Assembly: GCA_002269645.1 (NCBI GenBank)
Contig: NIVC01004333.1
Location: forward strand, 1-50,030
Origin: Macrostomum lignano
Taxonomy: Eukaryota
Length of the DNA: 50,030 nucleotides
Direction: 5' to 3'
In this document: piece by piece, positions 10,901 to 21,663 of the stretch
Position numbering within the stretch: the first letter of the stretch is position 1
Layout of the letters: every line of letters starts with the position of its first letter
The notes under the pieces: model-generated
Seen by the model: the letters and a program-made list of their open reading frames with translations, nothing else
Told to the model about the DNA's origin: nothing
The model's database searches: none
Made by a program: the position numbers and the translations under genes

Positions 10901-13029
10901 CTAACCTGCAGATATTGGACACAACTTTGTTATTGGTCTCGTCATTGTGCGATCACCGACTCTGATTGAGGCGACTCTCACGTGACCGTCCGAACCGCGC
11001 ATGACCTCCAGCACGCGAGCCAGCGGCCAGTGACCCCGAGGCGAGTCCGGGCTCACCAGCAGCGCCACGTCTCCAGGTTGTAGGTCAGGCAGCTCGCGGC
11101 GCCACTTGCTCCGCGGTGCGAGTCCCGGCAGCCACTCGCGCAACCACCGGCGCCAGATCTGCGACACCAGCTGCTGGACGTGACGCCATCTTCTTGAAGG
11201 ACTGCGGGCGATGGCAGCGTCGACCTCCGGTGCAAACTTCCCGCCGACTTGCCCGATGAGGAAGTGATTCGGCGTCAGCGGCACATCATCACTCGGATGC
11301 GCCGTCTGGTACGTCAACGGCCTTGAATTCAGAAGTGCCTCCGCTCCAGCAAACGCGCTTAGCAGCTCCTCATCCGTGACGTCCGCCTCCTTCAGAATTG
11401 CCCAGATTGCCTTCTTCGCTGCTTTGATCATGATTTCGTGCACCCCACCGAAGTGCGGCGCAGCGGGCGGGTTGAAATGCCATCGCAACTGCTGAGAAGC
11501 CGTTCGCTGTTGAAGCTTCTGGGTATCCAAGACGTCGACTAGTTCTCGAAGCTCGCGCGCCGCACCGACGAAGTTCGTGCCGTTGTCCGAGAACAGCTCG
11601 ATCGGTTGGCCTCGTCGACTGATCATCCGCTGTAGAGTCCGTAGGAAGGAATCGGTATCCATGCCGAATGCCACTTCCAGATGTACAGCTCGCGTTGCCA
11701 AGCAGGTGAACAATGCCAGGTACCTTTTCTGCCGAGCCTTGCCACGGCCCTGCTTAGTGATGAATGGACCGGCAAAGTCGACAGCGACACGAGCGAAGGC
11801 ACGAAGCGGCTCCTTGAATCGGCAAGCGGGCAAGGGGGCCATAATCTGGCTGGCTGGTCTGGCTTTCCGTCGGCGACATTCGGCGCACTTTGCTTCCCAA
11901 GACTTAATGGCTTCTCTGGCCGAGACGATCCAAAATCGGTTTGACAGTGCCACCAGAGTTTGGTTTGTGCCTAGATGTTGGACACTTTCGTGGTGATGCT
12001 TCACGATGAGCTCCGTCACGCGGTGTGATCGTGGCAGAATGATAGGAAATCGAGTGCTAAACGGTAGCACATCGGCGAACTTTAGTCTCCCATCAGCGCG
12101 AAGCAGGTCGTTGACGTCGAGCTTCGGGTTCAAGTTAGAAATCACACTGCGTCCCGGCAACTGCTTTCCTGCTCGCAGACAAGCGATCTCTTCCGCAAAC
12201 GTTTCTTGCTGGGCTCTCTGGATGATCTTCGATTCAGCTGCTTCAATCTCTGCTGGTGATAGCTCGCCAGTATCTCGGTGCTCCTTCATCAAACGGCAGT
12301 TGTTAGCGAACCTGGCCACCCAAGCGTGAACACGGACAGCTCTGATCCAGCTGGAGAAGCGCTCTGGCTCCAGTCGATGATTGCGCTCTAGCACATCGGT
12401 GACATACGTTCTCTGGCTCTCACCGGCCGGCGACTGATCCTCGCATCTGCGTCTCTCTTCCACCTGCTCAGGAACCTGCACTTTGTTCTTTGGCCAATTC
12501 TCTGCCTCTTCTAAGAGAAACTGAGGTCCATGCCACCACAACTGGCTAGCCGCCACTGCCTTGATCGATAGTCCTCGAGAGAGCAGATCTGCTGGATTCT
12601 TTTCCGTCGAAACATATCTCCACTGGTTCGGCTCTGTTGAAGCTTGGATCTCGCCCACTCGAGAGGAGACAAACGGCTTGAACATTTTTCCTCGGCCACG
12701 AATCCAGTACAACACGTTTAAGCTGTCAGACCAAAAAACTGCGTCACGAAGCGGCACTTGCAATGACTGCGCGACTTTGCTTGCGAGTTGGACTCCCAGA
12801 ACTGCTGCCATCAGCTCCAACCTCGGTGTACTCATGGTTGTGATTGGAGCTACTCGAGTCTTCGAGATGATAAGTCGAACGGAACGTTCACTGTCAGTTG
12901 CCGTTTCACTTCTCCAGTAGCATACAGCTCCGTAAGCTTTCTCGGATGCGTCAACGAACACGTGCACACTACCCGACAGGGAATTTTCTCCTTCAAGCGC
13001 CCTGGAAAGCCGAATCTCGCTTAAATGCT
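10901..13029 (-). CDS. pol: BEL/Pao pol, RNase H plus integrase portion
   Basis: VHVFVDASEKAYGAV (RNase H), an HHCC finger (HHHESVQH...CAECRR) and DDE motifs (VDFAGP, SDNGTNF, GGVHE). It is separated from the upstream ORF by a 1-nt frameshift near 13032. Confidence 0.93.
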
Positions 13030-16000
13030 TCAGTCAATGCACCAGGCGCTCACTTTTGCACTAAGTTCTGCATTCAGCGGTTCATCCCAATCAAGACCTG
13101 TCTGCCAAAGCTCCTGCATCAGAATCTTCGCCTGCACGACAAATGGAGAGATCAGTCCAAGTGGATCAAAGACGCTCGCTAGCTTCTTCAGCAGACCTCT
13201 TTTTGTGGTCACCTGACGCGACTCGTTTTCATCTTTAAAGGTAAATTCGTCCTGCTCACTCTGCCACGTGACACCCAGTGTCTTGGTGCTTGGTAGTTCT
13301 TTGCTGTCCAAGGTAACTTCGGCTGCACGGTCTTCAGGTGGGATTCTATCGAGCACAGCTCTCGAGTTCGAGACCCACTTGCGCGCGTGCATGCCGGCGC
13401 GCCTCCAGAGCTCACTGAGTTGATCGTACAGCCTGCAGGCGGCTGCCTCGGTGGGCGCAGAGTCCAGGCTGTCATCCATATAGGTAGAGTGCAGTACTGT
13501 CTCGGCCGCCTCTGGAAGCTCACCTTTTGACTTTTCAGCATGGCAGCGGGTAACGAACTGTGCCAAGAACGGAGAGCTGGTGACGCCGAACACCACTCTG
13601 TTGAACTCGTAGACATCCGGCTGCTTTGAAGGATCGGCGTCCCGCCAAAGGAAACTGTGCAGCGGCCTGTCCTTCGGGTCCATCTCGATCTGGAGATACA
13701 TTTCCGCTACGTCGCATGCGATCGCAATCGGGTGTCGGCGGAACCGAAGCAGCACGTCAACCAAATCCCTCTGCAGTTTGGGGCCCTGGCGGATCTGGTC
13801 GTTCAATCTGGCAGCCGATGCATCAAAGACTATTCGCACTTTTGTCGTAGCCTTGTCTGGCCGCAGCACTGGGAAGTGCGGCAGGAAACAGCGGCCTTCA
13901 GTCTCAGCTTGCGACACTTTTCGGATATAACCTTGCTGTTCATACTTTTCAAGGATCTCCTGATACTGCTTGCAGACGTTCATATCCTTAATCAGCCGCT
14001 GTTCGGTGTTCTTTAGTCGCTTCAAGGCCATTGAGAAAGTGCCTGCTGGAGCCAGCCGATCCTTTTTCCATGGAATCCCGATCTGGTAACGGCCCTTCGT
14101 GTACTTTAGCGACGACTTGGCTTGCTGGACGGCTCTCTCCTCATCGGCGGTCAGCGGACTTCGATTGGCACCTTCTGAGACGTTCTCGATCTCCCAAAAC
14201 TGCCGCAGGATCTTAGCCACCTGACCAGATTCGGAATCGCAGCTGAAGAAAGTGGCAGCAAAATGGGCGTTCTGCATCTCAGAATTGTCCTGCTCTGTGC
14301 GACCGATGCACGTCCAACCCAGGGGAGTCAGGCGCGCCTTTGGCTCCAGCGGCTGTCCGACGATTTCTTTGAGAGACACGTGAAGATCCGGGTGATCAGC
14401 ACCAATCAGCAAGTCCACTACTGCAGGCTCACACAGCTTCGGAAACGGCACATTTCTCAGATGAGGCCACTGCTGCGCTTCTTCGTGCCAGTCGACGCCT
14501 TTGAGGGACCCAGTCACGTGATCAGCGGTGAAGGCGACGATCATTGAGCTGGTCTGACCATCCAGACTTTCCAAGCTAAAGCAGACTGGGGCTGTCATGA
14601 AGGTCTCTGTTTGGCCATTGATGACTCCGACTTTCACCTTTTCGAGCGCTCCATGCACTCCAAGCGCTTCTGCTATCCCGATGTTGACGTAGCTCCTGGT
14701 ACTGGCATCGTCGAGCAAGGCATTCACCTTCAGCTTCCGGGACCCGTTCCGTAGGACTACAGGTACCGTTCGTAGCGAGATTGCCGTTTCACCAGCCGAC
14801 AGAAGCGTCACCGGTCCAGTCTTTCCTGAACTGGAAGCGGATTTAGCGTCCTTGGATGCAGTCTGCTTCGCTTCACCAGACTTGGCCAACACTTTTTCTG
14901 CATGAAGCAGGCGATGATGGAACTTTGTGCAGCTGCTGATGCCGCACCGACGACCACGCCGACATTGGCTACCAAGATGTCCTTGGCCCAAGCACCGGAA
15001 ACAACACTTCGAGCTCTGCGCCGCGTCCCAGCGTTTTTCCACCGGAAGCTCCTTGAACTCACTGCAGGACCACAGCTCGTGATCACCTTGACAAACAATG
15101 CAAATCTTTCGCTGTACCTTCTTGTCACTGTCCGTAGTAACGAAAGTCTTTGGTCGCTGCTCTCGCTTTTGACGCTCCTGCTGCATGGTGGCAACGCCCT
15201 GCACAATCTCTGACGCTTCAGTCTGAAACTCTGCTTCTTGCAGCACCCAAATTCTCAGATTTCTAACACTCTCCGGCTTCCGCTGCTCAAAGATCCACCT
15301 CCGGTAGCTGGCAACCATCTGCTCAGGCAACTTTTTCTGCAGCCTCACATACAACATCCCATCTTGAAGCTCTGCCTCTTTACCCGCATCCTCAAGGTTA
15401 ACGACAGCCACATCCAGTAGATTAGCAAAGCTTTTCAGATCCTTGGCGTTTCCATTTCGCACGATCGGGAAGCTGTCCAGCTCTTCCAAGTGCAGAGCAA
15501 GTTGCCTACGCTGTCCACCAAATTCTCTCTCTAATCTCTCTTTTGCAGCTTCATATGCCGCAGCAGAGTGTCCTAGATGTTCTATAACCTTCAAAGCTTC
15601 ACCGCTGAGGTACTGCCTAAGCTGCAGCAACTTGAATTCTGGTGTTGCAGGGGCGCTGTCGATGCACGCAACAAAGGCTGCCTTCCAGTTTTCATACTTC
15701 TGCTTTTCTCCACTAAACGTTGGGATTTCAACACGCTTCAGCATCTTCCACAAATCCTTTGAAAGCTCCTTCGGGTTGGATCCTTTGCTGGACGCAGCAC
15801 TGCCAGAAAGTTTGTGTAACTCACCAGCTGCTTCTTCTTGGTCACCCGCAGCGTTCTCACCGCTTGAGCTCGCGGCAGGAGGAGCTTCTTTGGCGCGCTG
15901 CAATCTCCGGTTTCTGGCGCTTTCGACGCGCTGCATGGCAGCTTGGTAGTCGCGCTCCGTCTCCTCCATTTCGTCTAGTAGGCGCTGTCGCCTCTCGTTG

Positions 16001-16278
16001 TCCTTGGCGTCGGCGTAGCCTTCATGCAGTTCTTCCTGGATGGCGCTGACCAGATCTTGCAGGTCTGACAGAGCGTCACAGGCAACTTGCACTTCGTCAT
16101 CAGAGGCGTGCGTCTTTAACAGCCAAGACAGCTTGTTTTTGCAACGAGTGAACGCTGCTTTTTTTCGGGATTTCTCGAAGCGCAGCTTCTCTAAACGTAG
16201 GGCGCCGGCATCGTCTTGGGCTTCCTGCTGCTGCTGCTCATTGGCGTCGTCACTGTCCATCCTGGTCCTTCGTTTCAC
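13030..16278 (-). CDS. gag-pol: BEL/Pao gag-protease-RT polyprotein
   Basis: IPTFSG gag motif, three Cys/His knuckles (CIVCQGDHELWSC, CFRCLGQGHLGSQC, CGISSCTKFHHRLLH), protease ALLDDAS, and RT motifs KVRIVFDAS and YMDD. Confidence 0.95.
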   Translation of the reverse strand: MKRRTRMDSDDANEQQQQEAQDDAGALRLEKLRFEKSRKKAAFTRCKNKLSWLLKTHASDDEVQVACDALSDLQDLVSAIQEELHEGYADAKDNERRQRLLDEMEETERDYQAAMQRVESARNRRLQRAKEAPPAASSSGENAAGDQEEAAGELHKLSGSAASSKGSNPKELSKDLWKMLKRVEIPTFSGEKQKYENWKAAFVACIDSAPATPEFKLLQLRQYLSGEALKVIEHLGHSAAAYEAAKERLEREFGGQRRQLALHLEELDSFPIVRNGNAKDLKSFANLLDVAVVNLEDAGKEAELQDGMLYVRLQKKLPEQMVASYRRWIFEQRKPESVRNLRIWVLQEAEFQTEASEIVQGVATMQQERQKREQRPKTFVTTDSDKKVQRKICIVCQGDHELWSCSEFKELPVEKRWDAAQSSKCCFRCLGQGHLGSQCRRGRRCGISSCTKFHHRLLHAEKVLAKSGEAKQTASKDAKSASSSGKTGPVTLLSAGETAISLRTVPVVLRNGSRKLKVNALLDDASTRSYVNIGIAEALGVHGALEKVKVGVINGQTETFMTAPVCFSLESLDGQTSSMIVAFTADHVTGSLKGVDWHEEAQQWPHLRNVPFPKLCEPAVVDLLIGADHPDLHVSLKEIVGQPLEPKARLTPLGWTCIGRTEQDNSEMQNAHFAATFFSCDSESGQVAKILRQFWEIENVSEGANRSPLTADEERAVQQAKSSLKYTKGRYQIGIPWKKDRLAPAGTFSMALKRLKNTEQRLIKDMNVCKQYQEILEKYEQQGYIRKVSQAETEGRCFLPHFPVLRPDKATTKVRIVFDASAARLNDQIRQGPKLQRDLVDVLLRFRRHPIAIACDVAEMYLQIEMDPKDRPLHSFLWRDADPSKQPDVYEFNRVVFGVTSSPFLAQFVTRCHAEKSKGELPEAAETVLHSTYMDDSLDSAPTEAAACRLYDQLSELWRRAGMHARKWVSNSRAVLDRIPPEDRAAEVTLDSKELPSTKTLGVTWQSEQDEFTFKDENESRQVTTKRGLLKKLASVFDPLGLISPFVVQAKILMQELWQTGLDWDEPLNAELSAKVSAWCID

Positions 16279-16325
16279 AGTAGGGTTCTATTGCTTGCCA
16301 CGTCAGTGGTAAGTTAGGCTTGTCC

Positions 16326-16343
16326 AACCACGCTCTGCTACCA
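16326..16343 (-). other. Primer-binding site complementary to initiator tRNA-Met
   Basis: TGGTAGCAGAGCGTGGTT lies 3 nt after the 5' LTR and matches the ...CTCTGCTACCA 3' end typical of eukaryotic tRNAiMet. Confidence 0.8.
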
Positions 16344-16346
16344 AAA

Positions 16347-16632
16347 TGTACTATAGAAATGAAAAGACCGATGGTCCGCCAATAACTATTTTGGAGCTGA
16401 GGCTCAAGCGAGACGCTAACAAAACGAAAAGCGTAAACCGTACACAGGGCTAATAAGCCCTCTCGATGATATATTTATTGCAGTCAGTCAGAATCAGCCA
16501 GCGTGGAGGGGGGTGGGTGAGATGGGCCTGGGCTAAATCAGCGTACATAGAAAATTGAATAATAAACACGTACATTAAATCACGCAGTGGAATTGGAAAG
16601 AAAATCAATGCTACTAATCTACCTCCCAAACA
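16347..16632 (-). repeat. 5' LTR of the BEL/Pao element
   Basis: Reads identical to 9888-10173. Confidence 0.97.
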
Positions 16633-17095
16633 CGCGTGGTCTGTGAAGGGGCATCTGGATAGAGAAATCTGGGTTTTCAATGGCCCAATACCGCGAGTTC
16701 CAGGTGTTAGTGTGGCCATGCAGGGAGAAATGAGCCTCATCAGAGAAAATGATGTTGGTTAACATTTCAGGATCACTGTCAAACATCTCCAGCATATCAG
16801 TTGCGAATAGCACTCGCGCCTCATGGCCGGCCTCATTCATTGCCTGTTGACGGCGCATGCGATAGGGGTGAAAGCCACTCTTATCCAGCACACGAAGGAT
16901 GGACTGATGGCTAACATTCAGCTCCCGACTCGCACGACGTACTGACTGTTGTGGTCGCTCCTTGAAGTATTGAACAACTTGTTCCACATTCTCAGCAGAA
17001 CGAGCAGTCCGTGGACGCCCAGAAATTGGTCGTCGAGCCAAACCAAACTCACAGGCCACCTTAACCACTTGTCTACGACAGAATTCCTTCCCCAC
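16633..17095 (-). pseudogene. N-terminal half of the DD41D transposase
   Basis: SGRPRT, HTH region (SVRRASRELNVSHQSILRVL), HPY, IIFSDEAHF and NSRYW. Confidence 0.9.
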
Positions 17096-17096
17096 A

Positions 17097-19428
17097 TCTC
17101 TATCTTACCAAATGGCAAGCACTGCATGCCATAGACAATTTAGATCTGCGCTGTACACTTCGAATTTCAAAACAGTTGCTTTATTATGCAGAGGCAAGAA
17201 AACACTTTCTCAACAGGAGAAGTGACATCTTTGACTGGAGAATAGTCTATGGCCAACCTAGAAAAAAGGCAAGAGGGAGGGAATACAGGCATGAAAAGTT
17301 AACTGCAAGAATTTTTACTGGTGCCTCCTTAGCTCACCACCCCAACTTACCAAATCTACAATGCAAGCGGTCAGACAGCGACGGCAAGCAGCCAAGCAAG
17401 CCTTGTGAAACTTGGGCCTCGACAGCGAATCGAGCGATGAGTCGAGCGATGACTCATTTTTCACTGCCGAGAGCGAGGGAGAGGACGGTGACGAAAATCA
17501 AGAAGGCAACGATGGATCGGAGGAAGACGATCAGGGAATGATGCACGATGATTGGAGATCAGTAACTCCAGAGACTGATGCTCGAGCTAATTCCCTTCCC
17601 GAGTTCCTCGGGGCAAGCGGAGTCAATCCGGGATTCTCCGTACCTGCTGATGTTGACGACGGCTGGACAGCCATTTTCGAGCAACTTTTACCCGATGAGT
17701 TGCTGCTTCAGATGTGCATGTGGACAAACAAGAGAGCGCAGCTGGATATTGCCAAGTTTCAAGAACACGGAGATGATGAACTGCCTTACGGGCTCAGAAC
17801 GTGGAAGCCCTGCACTGTTTCTGAGATGAAGAAGGTGATCGGCGTTATATTATATACCGGAGTTGTACAGAAACCGGAGGTGACGGCTTACTGGTCCACG
17901 GACCCGTTTTACTTTCATCCCTACCTTCAAAGCATGAAGATGCTTCCTCGCTCGCGGTTTCAACAAATCATGTCATGGCTGCGTTGCTATGACTGTCTTG
18001 ACTTCGACGCTGGTGATCCCTTGTGCAAGATCAGGCCGTTCCTAGACATGGTCCAGACAGTTTGCAAGAACAGCTACCTGCCCGGTCAAAGCATTGCCGT
18101 TGATGAAGCGCTGCTGCTCTATAAAGGGAGGCTGATTTTTAAGCAGTACATGCCCAACAAGAGAGCCAAGTTTGGCATCAAATTGTACTGCCTTGCAGAG
18201 TCTTCTACAGGCTACATGTGGAACTATCTGATACATTCAACCACCATTGCGAATGAACAGTTCGGCAACGATGTGCCGCAGCTCTCAATCAGTGAGAGAG
18301 TCGTCGTAGAACTTTGTCGCGACATTCTGGACCTTGGATATCGGGTCTTTTGCGACAGTTGGTTTTCATCGGTGCGACTGGCCAAGTTCCTTCTGACCAG
18401 AGGAACAACCTTAACTGGGACCGTTCGCAAAGACCGAGGCGTTCCACCGATTCTGCGAGATATGCTCTTGCAACCACCGAGTCATTCCTTTGCCCGACAT
18501 GGTGACATCCTTGCTGTGAAGCTGGTTGACAGGCGAAGCTCAGAAACAAAGACGGTCTATCTGTTGGACTCCGCTTCAACGGCTGCTAGCTCTTTGGTTA
18601 GCCGGGTACTGCGCGGTGGTGTGGAGCAGCAGCTGCTGAAGCCCAACTCGGTTTTGCAATATAATCACAACATGGGAGGTGTGGATCGGATGGATGCCGC
18701 AGCCCAGCCTTACAGCGCATGCCGCCGAACGCACAAATGGTTCGTAAAGTTGGCGGTGTTTCTGCTACAGCAGCTGGTTCGCAACTCCTGGATTGTGTAC
18801 CGACATCTAGGTGGATCCATGAGCTTTCTCAGCTACACTGAAAGGTGTGTAAAGCACTTGATTGAAAGCAGCGGAAATGGTCGATCGAGAGTTAAGCGTC
18901 AGGCTCTTCCCCGTCAGCCAGGCGAAATTCATCACCGGCTGGAAAAGCTACCCGCTACCGCAGCACAAGAACGGCCTACCAAGCGTTGCCGAGTTTGTTA
19001 CCAGCGCAGACTGAAAAAGCGGACCGTCTACTTCTGCCAAGGCTGTGACGGTCAGCCTGGGCTTTGCCTGGAGCCGTGCTTCTTTGAGTGGCACTCGGCT
19101 AACTGATTGCTGGCGCTTTGCTGAAACTGTAATCGAACTGTTGCTAAAATTATTTTCATTCACTTGCATGCAGCTTCATTTGCCCTTATGTTCTCAAGAT
19201 TTACCTTTGTGCATGCAATGTATGTCGTTTTCTATTTGTTTTGTGACACCGACGCAGTATGACAATACAAACAGTTTTTTGGCCTTGGCATGCATAGCAT
19301 TCCATTTGGTTGAGTCAGACAATGATTCTGTCTAAACTCGCTTTCCCATCGACTTCAAATCTGTCTATGGTCAATTGACAGAATGAGCGATGGCATGCAC
19401 AGCATGCCACTGGTAATCATAAGGTTAA
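17097..19428 (+). mobile_element. piggyBac-like DNA transposon
   Basis: The right end is ...AAGG|TTAA (19425-19428). Imperfect subterminal inverted repeats are present (ttaccaaatggcaagcactgcatgccat at 17105 versus the reverse complement of 19390-19416). The left TTAA is not where symmetry predicts. Confidence 0.75.
17361..19106 (+). CDS. piggyBac (PGBD4-like) transposase
   Basis: The DDD triad (IAVDEALL, FCDSWF, GGVDRMD) and the C-terminal Cys-rich domain (CRVC...CQGC...LCLEPCFFEWH) are intact. The in-frame ATG at 17361 is followed by TGA at 17406; the next in-frame ATG is at 17538. Confidence 0.88.
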
Positions 19429-19777
19429 GCCGTTAAAGTGTATTTAAGCTTTTTTATCTGCATTGGCTCCTTTTCGCTGATTAAGAGAGCAAATATCTTT
19501 TATCAGAAAATAAAATGAAACTTAATTCTCTGACAAGATTGACACTAAGACTGTTATGATGCCTCTTTTTTGCTCAAAAAAGAATGTAAGCTCGTATTTC
19601 TTTGTCAGTGAAGCATGAAAAAGTAAGTTTTTTATGCAACCAATATTTTTCATGAGTGTAGCCTGTAGTAAAGGCAAAACTGGGATAGCTAGCCTTATTG
19701 TCAGCCACGAAAATCTAGATTTCAAGATCTCCATGAGTAAGCAGACGAATTAAAATTATATACCGGATTGCATTTTG

Positions 19778-19827
19778 ATTGGATGAGGCGTGATTGGTTT
19801 TGGTGAGGATAGAATTTGGTTATAAAA
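19778..19827 (+). promoter_or_regulatory. Putative CCAAT (ATTGG x2) plus TATA core promoter of WSC-PAN copy 1
   Basis: ATTGG at 19778 and 19793 and TATAAAA at 19821, about 68 nt before the ATG. TATAAAA also occurs before copy 3 (32203) and copy 5 (41782). Confidence 0.4.
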
Positions 19828-19888
19828 TTCCGTAAGATTTTTCGCCACCAAATCGGCTATCAAACTAAAAATCAACTGCGTTTGTAAA

Positions 19889-20626
19889 ATGAACCGAGAA
19901 AATCAACTGTCAATTCTGTTTTTCGCTCTCCTGGCTGGCGTAACTGGCAGGCTAGTCAGTCTCTTCTATCTGGGCTGCTACGTTGACAAAGAGGCTCGCA
20001 GAGACATAAACGGGCTGAGAAACCTCATCAGCATTGGCTCGTTCCGCGTCACCTCCTGCAATTGCGTCTCCAATGGCAGGGAGATGTCGCCGGAATTCTG
20101 TGCTGCCATCTGCGCTCTTAACGGCTTTGTTTATTTCGGGCTGCAGTACAGCAAGGAGTGCTTCTGCGGCAACTCCTACGGATCGTACGGCAAGGCTAAC
20201 GAGAGCGACTGTAGCTTGAAGTGCTCTGGAAACTCAAATAAGATATGCGGAGGATATTACCGCAATTCGGTGTTCGCTCTGACTTTTACCGGTATGAAGC
20301 TTCTTTCAGCCTAATAGAATTCAGAAATATGCAGTGAATTCATACACAAAAAATGAGCCAAGACAGTTAATTTTCTTTGATAAGGTCTGGACAACAACAC
20401 CTACACGGTGGTGCGGACGTCCAGCCCTCCGGTGACTTCCGACTCGACTTCCGTCTGGCCGGCCGCTGCCCAGTCTGACGCGGACTGCCTGCTTCAGTGC
20501 AGCGCCAGAGCCGACTGCCAGGCCGCCGTTTTCTCCAAGCGGCTGCTCGCCTGCCACCTGCTGGCGTTCGCCTACCCGCCAGCCAGCCTGACCGGACCCG
20601 ACTGGACTCTCTACCAGCGTGGCTGA
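19889..20626 (+). CDS. Secreted WSC-PAN/Apple protein, copy 1 (214 aa); join(19889..20291, 20385..20626)
   Basis: Hydrophobic signal peptide, WSC motif (YLGCY...FC..IC...YFGLQY..ECFCGN...ESDC..KC.G....CGG..RNSVF), a 93-nt phase-1 GT-AG intron, and a PAN-like C-x3-C-x5-C...VF...C-x-L exon. Confidence 0.88.
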
Positions 20627-21120
20627 GGGATAATTGTTCAACACTGGAGTTATAAGATATGAGAACAACTAATTAATCACAAAAGCCGCTAAAAGTTAAT
20701 TAAAATCGCTTTCCAGAATCATTTTCGGTGATATCAAGTCTCTAATTAAACCAGGCCAGAAAAGGCGGTTTTTTTCTTCAGCGATGGAAAATCTTGCAAT
20801 TATCCTCAACTCCGCCACCAGGTGGCTTAAAGCTGACATTGCCAACTAAACTCCCACATCAATCACAAAGCGATAGAGCCAGCTGGGATACGTGCTTGTA
20901 GCTGGATGAAAAATCGAAAAAGAATTGTACGACAAACTGACGGAGTCAATACTAAAAATGTATGTCACTTTTGTGAGCTTGACACTTTATTTTGGAGGAT
21001 TCGAATTTTTTGTATTGTGAAGTTTTAAGCCGTCTTTGATTTTCTTTTTTCTTTTCAATAGACTTTTTGAAGTATTCAAAACGTTTGCCTCGGCTTTCGT
21101 CTGCCTTTTGAAGCGGTATT

Positions 21121-21345
21121 AGATTGACATTTAGATTGACATTGAGATTGACATTGAGATTGACATTGACATCAAAATTGACGTCGAGATTGACATTGAG
21201 AAGGAGATTGAGAATGAGATTGACATTGAGATTGACATTGGAAATGAGATTGATATTGAGATTGACATTGAGAATGAGATTGACATTGAGATCAAGATTA
21301 AAATTGAGATTAGGATTGAGAAGAAGATTCATATTAAGATTGGCA
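21121..21345 (+). repeat. Degenerate 12-bp (6-bp periodic) minisatellite GATTGACATTGA
   Basis: Directly visible. It produces spurious NLNV/LTLR-type ORFs. Confidence 0.85.
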
Positions 21346-21663
21346 CTGTCCCACGCCTTCATATTCAGACTTCATTCTACCAGGCACACCTCCAAAATAC
21401 TTATGAGACTATTGTCCCTAGAGGCAAGCAGCTGTTCCTGAAAGTGCAGCAAAAGCTAGTCTTAATGCACTACTAATACAAGTAGCAACCTGCTGAAATT
21501 TAGAAAATTAGAAAATGAGGGAGAGAGCAGAAAACTTTGTGATGCGTGTTCTACATAAAGCAACAAAATTGGCTAAAATCTTGATACGAACGGTGAGAAG
21601 AATTTTTTTGAGTTCAATTCTGACAGTGCTCAGTCAAAGAATTGGTGACTGTTTTAAAAGCTC

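Larger units (their letters stand above)
9888..16632 (-). mobile_element. Full-length BEL/Pao LTR retrotransposon (6745 bp)
   Basis: Two 286-bp TG...CA LTRs, a 5-bp TSD cgcgt (9883-9887 and 16633-16637), a PBS and a PPT, with gag-PR-RT-RH-IN domain order. Confidence 0.97.
9178..17100 (-). mobile_element. Tc1/mariner element of the DD41D (rosa/Visitor-like) type, interrupted by a BEL/Pao retrotransposon; 5' end missing
   Basis: A probable terminus TA|CAGGGAGGTCC lies at 9176-9188. The transposase halves on either side of the LTR element rejoin in frame (PLHRPR|VSCWAGIWSRGIVGPFF). There are 41 residues between the D of QDGAPAH and the D of SPDLNPKD. The partner TIR was not found. Confidence 0.85.

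Noticed and set aside
11577-16312. Numerous plus-strand ORFs over the retrotransposon
   Set aside because: They are antisense shadows of the GC-rich gag-pol frame.
20952-21441. Asn/Leu-rich and LTLR ORFs
   Set aside because: They are products of the 12-bp repeat, with no domain or splice support.
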